DNA from: the human T2T-CHM13v2.0 reference genome, Homo sapiens
Strand: one strand, 5' to 3'
NCBI RefSeq assembly: GCF_009914755.1
Contig: NC_060942.1
Length of the DNA: 64,000 nucleotides
The notes below the pieces were generated by a model. The model was not told the DNA's origin and made no database searches. It saw only the letters and a list, made by a program, of their open reading frames with translations. Position numbers and translations under genes: made by a program. This document shows, one piece after another, positions 1 through 17,988 of the stretch (position 1 is the first letter of the stretch; each line of letters opens with the position of its first letter).

Positions 1-1230
1 GATTATAAAAGCTCCACACAATTTGCCTTCTTCGGCACACCTACAGTTGAATGCTTTAGCTTCCTGCCAGGATGGTTAAGTTAACACTTAATTAGTATGT
101 GTACCAAACAAAACGCGCTTCTGGGCAGCACTTTTTTTTTTTAAATTTTCCCCCCCACTGCCCCACAAATAAATAGACTGGTTTTCTGCCCAAAATATTC
201 AAGAAAAAGACTGTGGTTGCCTGGGGCAGAGGCCAGATGCCTTGACTTCCAGCTTTCTTCCATCAAAGCCGTGCAGTTTGGAAATTAAAATCTACAGCAA
301 TAATGAAACATATTAAAATGCATGCAAAGACTTGAGGGCTTATAATATGCTAAAAACTGGCAATGCATGTTTACATCCATATATCAACTTGGATGTGCTG
401 AAAAGATTTAAAGTGTAAAATATGCAAATATGTGTCATATTGTCACACTTGGTCTCTCTAATGGAACTCCCTTTCATCTCAAGTCGTCTTAATTTCATGA
501 ATATTACATGGCCCTCACACCTTTTACTCTTGCTGTTGCTAGGCTGAGAAGATTATGAAAATATGTTAATAGTAACTTTCATCAAATAAAAGTTGCAATA
601 TTCCAAATAAAGCATTTTTCCTTCCTCTTAAAATACAAATAGTGAAGGGTTTCATGCTATTTTGTTTCCCTGTGGGAGACTAGATAACTATAGGCCAATT
701 AAATTAATGAGCAAAGACCATGTGAATGGCAATATTTGCACATAATCCTGGCTGGCTGCACATATATACAGGTAAATAGTTGTATTTAAAACACCCTTGA
801 AGGATGAAAATATTCCTATTTCTGGGGTGTTCAGGATGTAAAGAAATAATTTCTAAATTATACTGACCTACACAAAAGCCCATGAATTTATATTTAATAG
901 TGAAAAACTATAGGAAGTAAAGGGAAGAGGGGAAGTTTGAGAAAGCCACCTTCATTTATGAAGGTGAAAAAACAATGATAACATTGGGATCTCAGATAAC
1001 CACAAAAAAGATAGGGATATATTTTGTCCATCTTGGACACATAGTCCTGGCCCTTTCAGAATGACAGCCTTGTTTCTGTATCCTGATAATGAACAAGGGC
1101 TCATTCTGTCTTGCCTTATTGGCTACTTTAATGAACAGTAAATGGCAAAAGCAACCAGAAGCGTTCTATTTTGTATCTAATGTGCACCAATGGGGAAAAA
1201 CTGTTGTCTGTGTAGAAATAATAAGAATCT

Positions 1231-1496
1231 TATTATTAATTATTATTATTATTATACTTTAAGTTCTAAGGTACATGTGTACAATGTTGCAGGTTTGTTA
1301 CATATGTGTACATGTGCCATGTTGGTGTGCTGCACCCATTCACTCGTTGGTTACATTAGGTATTTCTCCTAATGCTATTTCTCCCCCCTCCCCCCAACCC
1401 CATGACAGGCCCTGGTGTGTGACGTTCCCCACTCTGTGTCCAAGTGTTCTCACTGTTCAATTCCCACCTATGAATGAGAACATGCGGTGTTTGGTT
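1231..1496 (-). mobile_element. 5'-truncated L1PA 3' end (~266 bp, roughly L1PA4-7)
   Basis: Reverse-strand L1 3'UTR: (TTA)n tail, then 'tatactttaagttct...catgtgccatgttggtgtgctgcaccca...cccacctatgaatgagaacatgcggtgtttggtt'. No TSD found. Confidence 0.93.
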
Positions 1497-1799
1497 ATAC
1501 AGAGTGCCACCATGGATTCAATAACAGGAAAAAAAAGGAAGTCGGGGTTCAGTCAGAACTTTATTTTAGGGAGACACCAAACTTAATAAGCTTGGAGTAA
1601 AGATTATTGATAATCCATGGACAGGTATCCTATAAATAGGTAAAGGATGGTAAACTAAAAAAGTCACTTTCTAACGAGATCTCTGCTAGCAATTAAAATA
1701 AAGAAATTAAATGGCACTTGATAAGAGCCAGCTTTGTGGCCCAGGTAACTTTCTCTAGGCTCTGATTCCTAAAAGTATTTGCAAAGATGATGAGAGGAT

Positions 1800-1855
1800 G
1801 GACACTCAACCAAGATTAATAACAAGGAAGGACACTCAACCAAGATTAATAACAA
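1800..1855. repeat. 26-bp perfect direct duplication
   Basis: GGACACTCAACCAAGATTAATAACAA at 1800-1825 and 1830-1855, separated by GGAA. Confidence 0.95.
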
Positions 1856-2899
1856 CAAGTTGCCTACACATGCAAAGGTCATGGTGGGGAAGCTGCAGCA
1901 CAGTGTGATCGGCTCCCAAGATAGGCAGGATAGAAGGAGTATTTGAAACTAAGTTTAGAAAGAAGACTGAGGGGGAGAATAAGCTATGGCTAAAGGCAAA
2001 TGACAGAAGGTTGATCAATGACAAAGAGAAGATAGAACTTCATAACTGTATTTTTTTTGAATTGTTGCTGTTATTACTGCTTTTCTTTCTTTTTTGTATT
2101 ATTGCCATTCCTGTAAAGCAATAATCTTCAGATTAGAATTATTAGACACAAAAGTAAAGAAGAAAATGCTGCCCTTGCTATGCAAAGCCATCGTAAGTAA
2201 GCATACAATTACTTTCATTTGCTTTTATTTTGTTTACCAGGTATTCCTTTTTGGTCTTAAGTAATATACAGTTTAAATATAAATTTTGAAAATTTCCCAA
2301 TTTAAACAGAAAACAACATTCTCTCTCTTTTTTTCTCTGTTACTAAAGACAACTTCTATGTATTGTTATGCATTACTTAGATGATACTATTTAAATAATT
2401 TTATGTGCTTCATTATTATACCAAATGTTATATCATGAGTACCTCTGTATATCATTAAGAATGCTTTATAAATCTCAATTAAACTACTACATGTTTCATA
2501 TTATGTTTTTTCATCAATATTAGATATTTGTTTTAAATTTTTGTCAAAAATATAGGTGAAATACAAATTAGTGTTGATACGTTTTTGCCCATACTTATCT
2601 AAAGCTATCTATAGCTAGCTTTAGATAAATTCCTTTTAAGTAAATAGTGACACTGTTCAGTGTAGTTTTTATCATAACCAGTTTTATTAAGCTTAAGGAA
2701 ACATAATAAAAGGAAATTAGAGAAATGATACTATAAAATATAATATTTCCTTTTGCATAAATTATTTTTTCTTATTGGCTGAAGTGTATTGACTAAATTT
2801 TAAAAGAAGAGAACATGCATAGGAGTATCCTTACTGGTAATTAATTTATTTCAAATAAACCATTGAAAAATAGCAAAACAGACTGAAAACCAACATTGT

Positions 2900-5645
2900 G
2901 AATGACACCAAAACTCTTTGAAAAGGGTGTCCAGCATTTAGTTAAAAATAAATATCACCCCCAAAAGAAGAGCAAACTGAACAAGGAGTGAAAAATACAA
3001 ATAACAGAAAAAGACCAACTCATACTTTAAATAATGAAAATGTCCGAAATGAATTACAAAATGACCACACTTACTATGTCTGAAGAAATAAACAGCTGGT
3101 GATACCTGCAGAACAAATGAAAGTATCTGAATACAGATTTGAAGAGAACAAAATAGAGCAATATATATATATATAAAATACAATAAAGCAAATTAAAACC
3201 TTGGTGAAATGTTTAACAGTAAAATTGACATAGCTGAAGTTAGAGTTAAAATACCTATAGAAGATAGCTAAGAAGATATTATTCGTAATAAGCACATGGA
3301 AAAACCAAACATAACATATAAGAGAGAGAATATAGCTTTAGAGAGTAGAATGAATCCAAGTAAAATAGTGGAGAAAGGACTTGATAGAGGTAACATGCTT
3401 AAAGATCATGACTGCGAATTCTTCAGACTTGATAATAAACCATTCTACAGATTCGGCCCAAAGCAAGATAATTATATAGAAATTCATACTAAGACATCAC
3501 AGATAATTTTTTGAAAATGAAAATCAGAGCAAAACCAAAGTCCATCAGCAAATGAAACACAGATTTCCTTTAAAGAGTGACAGGTAGATGAGCAACTGTC
3601 TTCAAAAATGCAACAATGAATGGAGAAAAAATTTTTTGAAAATGAAAACCAGAGCAAAACCAAAGTCTGTCAGCAAATGAAACACAGGTTTCCTTTAAAG
3701 AATGACAGGTAGATGAACAACTGTCTTCAAAAATGCAACAATGAATGTGGAGAAAAAAGTGGAAGGATATCTCAAAGAACCAAAGAGAATCAATTGTGCA
3801 TTTATTCTCTACATATGAAAATATCTGTAAATCTGGAAAAAGTGAAGCAAACATCATGGCATTTTAAAACAAAAGTTGAGAGAATTAATCCATAGAAATC
3901 CTTCTTTAAGGACTATTAAAATATGAATTACAGACAGAGAGAATATGAATGATAATAAAATTTCTCTGATATTTTATCTGTGATGCAAAAAGTATTGAAA
4001 GTAATACACAGGTGGACAATTTAAATAGATACTGGCTACATAAAACAATAGTAATAAAGCATAGTTAAGTTTTCAAATAGAATTATAGTGCCAGACAATA
4101 AAGAGACATAGATCTCATGTAGTTATAAAGGGTTAACAGTAATCCAGGAAGAAAATTAAAAACTTTAATTAATTTTATACTTTTGCTAGTTAAGTATATG
4201 TGTTATTTTTTTCAGACTTAGCTATAAAAAAGGAGTGCATAAATACAGGTAAAATACATAAAGATTACAAAACAACATAATAGCTGTAAGCCTACACTGC
4301 ATTAAATATAAAAGCTCAATTATTCAGGCAAAAGGCAACCACAATCATGTTCAGATCAGAATAAGAAAACAAATGCTACTTACAAGAGCTATATATACAG
4401 CATAAAATAAAAAAGGTTATGTTTTAGACACTACGTGTCACACAAAATAGATTTTATAGAGATAAACACACTGGTAATAGAGATAATTATTTTATAATGA
4501 TAAAAGTTTCAAATTATCAAGAAAATATAAATTTTAATATGTATGCTATTAAAATATAACCTCAAATATATAGAAAAAAGGTATCCATTGAACAAAATAG
4601 AAAATTTACAAACATTGTGAAATATATATCCTAGCAATTGATATAGCAAGTCAAAAATTGATAAGGAAATAGAATTATTCAATGGACATATATGGAATGA
4701 CTCTAGCTGATGCAAAGCAGACTTCATTTACAAAAATTGATAGGATATTTTGTTGTAAAACATGCCTTAACAAATTTCAAGGGATTTATATCATATAGAA
4801 TACACTTCCTGACTACTATGTAAATAAGATAGATGATAGCTAGATAGATAACAGATAGATTGATAGATAGATGTCAGATATGCACATATATTTGGAAGTT
4901 AAGAAATATTTCTCAACAAGTCCTGAGTTAGAGAAATGAAAATAAAAGTTAGAAAACTCTTTAAGCTAAATGATAATAGAAATAGAAAAAATTGTGAGTC
5001 ACAGCCAATGTAGCACTAAGGTGGACATTTTTATAGCCTTGAAAAGAATATATATCTCTATTTATCTGTCTGTCTGAGAAGGATATATATGTATGTATAT
5101 TTGAGAAAAAGAAAAACTAAAAATTAATGAGCTTTATAGGTTCTAAGAATCTTGAAAAACAGTACCAAAAATAAGCCCAGAGATTATGTGAAAGAGGTGA
5201 ATTATAAAATAGTGGTAGTCAATTTCAAAATTAAAAAATATATATTTTATATAATAAATATACATACAATACATGCACTTAATAATGCTAGAAGTAATTT
5301 TTTTAAAAATCTGATACAGTTGATACATTTCAACCAGGATTATTGCAGGACAAAACAAAAAGGGAGAGGAGAGATTTGTGGCATAGATAAGCATGATGGG
5401 AATGTAAAAGGACATTACAATAGATTTTCCAGACATTAATAAGGGACTACATTAAATAATTATATTCCTATTTATATGAAAATAGATGAAATAGACAGAT
5501 AGCTGGAAAAATATAACTTACCAAAGCAAACTAAGAAATTAAAGAAATTAAGAAATTAAAGAAGTAGTATTCTATACTGCAATCAAACAAGAAAATATTT
5601 TTGGAAAACATTCTACAACTACTCATAATTAAAAATCAAATTTGT
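2900..5645 (+). mobile_element. Ancient degraded L1 (L1M-type), ORF1 to ORF2 endonuclease region; 5' part of the element interrupted by the L1PA
   Basis: A-rich top strand with decayed ORF2-like motifs (e.g. 'acatgccttaacaaatttcaa', 'gaaaatagatgaaatagac...aatataacttaccaaag'). Boundaries are approximate. Confidence 0.7.
3506..3757. repeat. 125-bp tandem duplication inside the old L1
   Basis: 3506-3630 vs 3631-3757, 'attttttgaaaatgaaaa(t/c)cagagcaaaaccaaagtc...gcaacaatgaat(gt)ggagaaaaa'; about 6 substitutions and one 2-bp indel. Confidence 0.95.
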
Positions 5646-6568
5646 GAGGGACGAGCCAAGATGGCCGAATAGGAACAGCTCCAGTCTACAGCTCCCAGCG
5701 TGAGCGACGCAGAAGATGGGTGATTTCTGCATTTCCATCTGAGGTACCGGGTGCATCTCACTAGGGAGCGCCAGACAGTAGGCGCAGGTCAGTGGGTGCG
5801 CGCACCGTGTGCGAGCCGAAGCAGGGTGAGGCATTGCCTCACTTGGGAAGCGCAAGGGGTCAGGGAGTTCCCTTTCCGAGTCAAAGAAAGGGGTGACGGA
5901 CGGCACCTGGAAAATCGGGTCACTCCTACCTGAATACTGCGCTTTTCCGACGGGCTTAAAAAACGGCGCACCACGAGATTATATCCCACACCTGGCTCAG
6001 AGGGTCCTACACCCACGGAGTCTCGCTGATTGCTAGCACAGCAGTCTGAGATCAAACTGCAAGGCGGCAGCAAGGCTGGGGGAGGGGCGCCCGCCATTGC
6101 CCAGGCTTGATTAGGTAAACAAAGCAGCCAGGAAGCTGGAACTGGGTGGAGCCCACCACAGCTCAAGGAGGCCTGCCTGCCTCTGTAGGCTCCACCTCTG
6201 GGGGCAGGGCACAGACAAACAAAAAAGACAAACAAACAAAAAAGACAGCAGTAACCTCTGCAGACTTAAATGTCTCTGTCTGACAGCTTTGAAGAGAGCG
6301 GTGGTTCTCCCAGCACGCAGCTGGAGATCTGAGAACGGGCAGACTGCCTCCTCAAGTGGGTCCCTGACCCCTGACCCCCGAGCAGCCTAACTGGGAGGCA
6401 CCCCAGCAGGGGCACACCGACACCTCACATGGCAGGGTATTCCAACAGACCTGCAGCTGAGGGTCCTGTGTGTTAGAAGGAAAACTAACAAACAGAAAGG
6501 ACATCCACACCAAAAACCCATCTGTACATCACCATCATCAAAGACCAAAAGTAGATAAAACCACAAAG
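5646..6568 (+). promoter_or_regulatory. L1 5'UTR: internal sense promoter with YY1 site (CAAGATGGCC) plus antisense promoter
   Basis: Canonical L1PA 5'UTR and the most CpG-rich stretch of the window. Promoter activity is inferred from family knowledge, not shown for this copy. Confidence 0.85.
5789..6097 (-). CDS. L1 antisense ORF0, open for 102 aa
   Basis: ATG at 6097-6095 reads MAGAPPPALLPPCSLISDCCASNQRDSVGVGPSEPGVGYNLVVRRFLS..., matching the primate L1 ORF0 N-terminus. Expression of this copy is unknown. Confidence 0.6.
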   Translation of the reverse strand: MAGAPPPALLPPCSLISDCCASNQRDSVGVGPSEPGVGYNLVVRRFLSPSEKRSIQVGVTRFSRCRPSPLSLTRKGNSLTPCASQVRQCLTLLRLAHGARTH

Positions 6569-7585
6569 ATGGGGAAAAAACAGAACAGAAAAACTGGAAA
6601 CTCTAAAAAGCAGAGCACCTCTCCTCCTCCAAAGGAACACAGTTCCTCACCAGCAATGGAACAAAGCTGGATGGAGAATGACTTTGACGAGCTGAGAGAA
6701 GAAGGCTTCAGATGATCAAATTACTCTGAGCTATGGGAGGACATTCAAACCAAAGGCAAAGAAGTTGAAAACTTTGAAAAACATTTAGAAGAATGTATAA
6801 CTAGAATAACCAATACAGAGTAGTGCTTAAAGGAGCTGATGGAGCTGAAAACCAAGGCTCAAGAACTACATGAAGAATGCAGAAGCCTCAGGAGCCGATG
6901 CAATCAACTGGAAGAAAGGGTATCAGCCATGGAAGATGAAATGAATGAAATGAAGCGAGAAGGGAAGTTTAGAGAAAAAAGAATAAAAAGAAATGAGCAA
7001 AGCCTCCAAGCAATATGGGACTATGTGAAAAGACCAAATCTACGTCTGATTGGTGTACCTGAAAGTGATGGGGAGAATGGAACCAAGTTGGAAAACACTC
7101 TGCAGGATATTATCCAGGAGAACTTCCCCAATCTAGCAAGGCAGGCCAACGTTCAGATTCAGGAAATACAGAGAACGCCACAAAGATACTCCTCGAGAAG
7201 AGCAACTCCAAGACACATAATTGTCAGATTCACCAAAGTTGAAATGAAGGAAAAAATGTTAAGGGCAGCCAGAGAGAAAGGTCAGGTTACCCTCAAAGGG
7301 AAGCCCATCAGACTAACAGCGGATCTCTCGGCAGAAACCCTACAAGCTAGAAGAGAGTGGGGGCCAATATTCAACATTCTTAAAGAAAAGAATTTTCAAC
7401 CCAGAATTTCATATCCAGCCAAACTAAGCTTCATAAGCGAAGGAGAAATAAAATACTTTACAGACAAGCAAATGCTGAGAGATTTTGTCACCACCAGGCC
7501 TGCCCTAAAAGAGCTCCTGAAGGAAGCACTAAACATGGAAAGGAACAACCGGTACCAGCCGCTGCAAAATCATGCCAAAATGTAA
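6569..7585 (+). pseudogene. L1 ORF1p (RNA-binding chaperone), disrupted
   Basis: MGKKQNRKTGNSK... to ...NRYQPLQNHAKM*; in-frame stops TGA at 6713-6715 and TAG at 6821-6823. Confidence 0.97.
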
Positions 7586-7648
7586 AGACCATCGAGACTA
7601 GGAAGAAACTGCATCAACTAACGAGCAAAATAACCAGCTGACATCATA

Positions 7649-11494
<3,846 letters not shown>

Positions 11495-11737
11495 ACAATG
11501 AGATCACATGGACACAGGAAGGGGAACATCACACTCTGGGGACTGTTGTGGGGTGGGGGGAGTGGGGAGGGATAGCATTGGGAGATATACCTAATGCTAG
11601 ATGACAAGTTTGTGGGTGCAGCGCACCAGCATGGCACATGTATACATATGTAACTAACCTGCACAATGTGCACATGTACCCTAAAACTTAAAGTATAACA
11701 AAAAAAAAAAGAGAAAAGAAAAAAAAATCAAATTTGT

Positions 11738-13342
11738 AACAGTAAATTTTTTTGTAGGTATAGATAATCATATCATCTAAAACAAGACTTTTATAGGCAT
11801 ATAATCAAAGAAATAAATTGAATCTATAATACAAATATTCCTACAAAAATAAGTAGGCCAAGATGGATTTTTAAATAGATTTACAAACTCATAGTAGAAA
11901 TAAGTCAATTTTTCAATTATTCTTCCAGAATTAGAAGAGAGTCCACCAAATTATTTGTTGTAGCTAGCAAAACGTTTATACCAAAATATGACTAGAACAG
12001 TGTGGAAAGAGGAGTAGACAAATATAATTCCAGAATAGAGAAAAAAAATGATCAACAAAATTATGCTGAACAGAAATTCGGCAATATATAAAAATGATAA
12101 TTTATCATGATAATTTTGGATTGATTACAAGGATGCAAGATTGATTTACACCAAAAACAAAATGATTCAATGTAATTCACCACATTAAGAAATTAAAGAA
12201 GTAGTATTTTATACTGCAATCAAACAAGAAAATATTTTTGGAAAACATTCTACAACTACTCATAATTAAAAATCAAATTTGTAAAAGTAAATTTTTTTGT
12301 AGATATAGATAATCATATCATCTAAAACAAATCACACACTTAATGATGAAACTTGAACGTTTTTCTCTTTGACATTACAACTGATACAAAGATATCTACT
12401 ATTACTACAGCTCTTAAAATTGTACTCGAGTTCTCAGGCAGTGTAATAAAGTGACACATAAAATAAAGCTATAACTATTGGGAATATGTTTGATCAGTCT
12501 CAAATAGTATGATTATGAATTTGAATATAGAACACCTGAAAAAGTATTCAAAAAATATTTTAGAATCATAAACAAATTGAGTTGCATTGCTGAACAATAT
12601 ACTGGCATATAAACATCAGCTACTTTCATATTATAATTATAGAAAATTAAAATATAAAATATGCCATTCACAATATTATCAATAATGCTAGGTATATATG
12701 AATAAACCTAACCAAAAATGTGCAATTCCTCTACAGAAATTTTTCTGTAGGGGAAATTATGTAACTTTATTGACAGTATTAAAAATAACACCAAATAAAT
12801 AGAGATTTATCATAGGCATGAACTGTAAGAGCCAATGCAAAATGTCAGAACTTCAATGTTATCCCATTCTACTTTTCATTTTTTTGTGACTGATAAGTTG
12901 ATTATAAAATGTCTATGGAAAAGCAAAGAACCAAGTATAACCAAGTCACTTTTAACAAAAAGGACAAAATGAAAGAACATTCACTATCAAATATGGAGAT
13001 TTTATATATATATATATATATCTTTACTAATAAGCCACTGTGAATTGGAAAATAATAGACAAAGAAACCAATAAAACAAAGTAGTTTAGAAGCAGCCCCA
13101 GGAATATGGATATTTGATAAATTTGACTATTCAAAAATCTAGAATGTTTTCTTCAGCAAAAGAAATAACAGTAGTAAGAAACACAGCAGACTCTGAAAAG
13201 GCTAACAAAGGCTTATAATCTATAATGTGTAGACTAATGCTAATCAATAAGAAAAAAGAGAGGCACCTAATACGAAAAATAATTCATATAGATATTTCCC
13301 TAAAGAGAAATCCAAATAGCCAATATCATATAAAAATGTGTT
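11738..13342 (+). mobile_element. Continuation of the ancient L1M (ORF2 RT region)
   Basis: Decayed ORF2 motifs 'ggcccaagatggattt', 'ggatgcaagattgattta', 'atgccattcacaata', colinear with the fragment upstream of the L1PA. Confidence 0.7.
12184..12330. repeat. 147-bp copy of the L1PA pre-insertion site (matches 5547-5645 + 11738-11785)
   Basis: Alignment by eye gives 3 mismatches in 147 bp and a single copy of AAAAATCAAATTTGT. Confidence 0.95.
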
Positions 13343-15860
<2,518 letters not shown>

Positions 15861-15869
15861 AATTAGAAA

Positions 15870-17481
15870 CCAATTTGTTGTTTCATTTAGCATTTACCAA
15901 ATGGTCTGAAAAGCAGCTAGTTTTGAGTGGGGCTCAAAATGGTTGAAGGCTCTGCAGCAGGTTCAGTTGCTCTGCCACATAGGCCATATGATTCAGCAGA
16001 TCCAGTGGTACTTATAGTGTCAGTGGCAGGTAAGGATACTGTTGTCAAAGCAATTCCTATAGGTAAATTGCTCTTACAGTTTTAGAGCAAAGCCCTATCA
16101 CCTTTCAAAGACAACTGCTCTTCTTTTGAGAAATAGTTCTTAGACTGCTATAGAGTTTTAGTAGATACTGAATATTTCACCATGAACCACCAAGTTACCA
16201 TGTACTTTGAGGTGTCCATTGAAAACTAATGCTTTCTGTAATTGCTTTATGTTCTTATGACTTTATGCTCTGCTGATATAAAAATCTTAGTTCCAGAGAT
16301 AAAAGGTTTCTACCAAGAGAAACGGAATTTATTCCATTGAACTGGAAGTTCAATGTAAGTAGGGTGACTTTAGACTTCTCATGCATCTGGATCAATAGGC
16401 AAAGAAGGGAGTTACTCTGTTGACTGGGGTGATTGATTCTGACTACCAAGAGAATATCAAACCACTATTGTATGATAGAAGTTAAAAAAAAGAGTATGTT
16501 TGGATTAAAGGAGATCCTTTAGGGTGTCTCTAAGTATTTCTGTACCCTGTGATTAAGGTCAATGGAAAACTACAATAACGCAATCCAGGCAGGACTACTT
16601 ATGGCCCAGACCTTTCAGGAATAAAGATTTGGATCACTTTGCCAGATAAAGAACTACAACCAATTGAGGTGCTTTCTGAAACCAAAAGTAACTAGACAGG
16701 GTAGGAGAAGAAGGTAATTATAAATACCAACTATGACCAAGTGAGTAGTTACAAAAACAAGTACTGTAATTGTCTTGAGTATTTTCTCCTTAATTTGTTA
16801 TGAATATGTTTGTGTGTATATACATATCTTTGTTTTCTTTCCTCTTTTATTTCCTTATCATATAACGTAATATGTATTGACTTAATTTTATAGTATTTAA
16901 TTATTATTAATTTTACATCATAGTATTTGTATTAGTCTGTTATTGTGTTGCTATAAAAACTGCCTGAGACTGAGGCAATTTATAAAGAAAAGAAGTTTAA
17001 TTGGCTCACAGTTTCACAGGCTGTACAGGAAGCATGGCTGTGGATGCCACAGGAAATGTACAATCATTCTGGAAGGCCAAGAGGAAGGAGGTACATCTTA
17101 CAAGGCTGGAGAAGGAGGAAGAGATTGAAAAGAGAGATGCTACACACTTTTAAACAACCAGATCTCGTGATAACTCATTCACTATCATGAGAATGACAAG
17201 GGAGATATCCATTCCCACGGTCCAGTCACCTCCCACCAGGCTCTGGGGATTACAATTTGACATGAGATTTGGGCGGGGACACAAATCCAAACCATATAAG
17301 TATTTAAGTTATAAGATATCAAAGAGAAGAGTAAACATCACTCACAGACAGTGCATTTTAGGTGGTGTGCAGAATAGCTGTATCATGTTAGGCGAATTAT
17401 GACCTTGTTGCTATGTTTATTTGGAGATTAAATATGGTTTAAGGAGATGTTTATGAGTATCAAGTTGACAAAGGGTAGATT
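15870..17481 (+). mobile_element. ERVL (HERV-L/MLT2-type) internal remnant: RT-connection/RNase H, dUTPase, 3' region and PPT
   Basis: Decayed ERVL pol ('tttgagtggggctc...aaggctctgcagcaggttcag...ccatatgattcagcagatccagtggta', FEWG...KALQQVQ...PYDSADPVVL) and dUTPase ('attccattgaactggaag...gcaaagaagggagttact...ggggtgattgattctgactaccaa', IPLNWK...AKKGVT...GVIDSDYQ); PPT 'caagttgacaaagggtagat'. Confidence 0.85.
16928..17299 (-). mobile_element. MaLR solo LTR, MSTA/MSTB-like, nested in the ERVL
   Basis: 'tgtattagtc...aagaaaagaagtttaattggctcacag...aggctgtacaggaagcatggc...caaaccatat'; 5-bp TSD GTATT at 16923-16927 and 17300-17304. Confidence 0.92.
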
Positions 17482-17988
17482 TGTGTTGACAAATTTTACG
17501 TGTCAACTAAACTGAGCCAGGGGATGCCTAGATAGCTGTAAGTTAAATGTTATTTCTGGATGTTGCTGAGAGGATATATCTGGGAGAGATTAGTATTTGA
17601 ATCTGTGGACTGAGTGAAGCAAATGACCCACCTCAATGTTGATGGGCACCATCTAATCTACTGAGGGCAGAAATAGTACAAAAAGTTGGGGAAAGGTTGA
17701 CTAAACTCTGCCTATCTACTTGAGCTGAACTTGGATCTTTTCCTGCCCTTGGAACTCCTGGTTCTTAGGCTTTCAGACCTAGACTGGAATCCACACCCTT
17801 GATTCCCTGGCTTGTAGGCCTTTGAAATACCACCAGCTTTCCTGGGTCTCTAGCTAGCAAACAGCAGATTGTGGGACTTCTCAGCCTCCATAATTCTGTG
17901 AGAAAATTGTTTATAATGAATCTCTTAGTAAATATATCTACATATATGTAGATATATTATGTTTCTCTGGAGAACCTTGACTAATACA
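17482..17988 (+). mobile_element. MLT2-type ERVL 3' LTR
   Basis: 'tgtgttgacaaattttacgtgtcaact...gggacttctcagcctccataat...ctggagaaccttgactaataca' immediately after the ERVL PPT. Confidence 0.9.

Noticed and set aside
11738-12330. L1 3' transduction
   Set aside because: The TSD directly follows the polyA tail, there is no second polyA, and the duplicated segment spans both sides of the insertion point.
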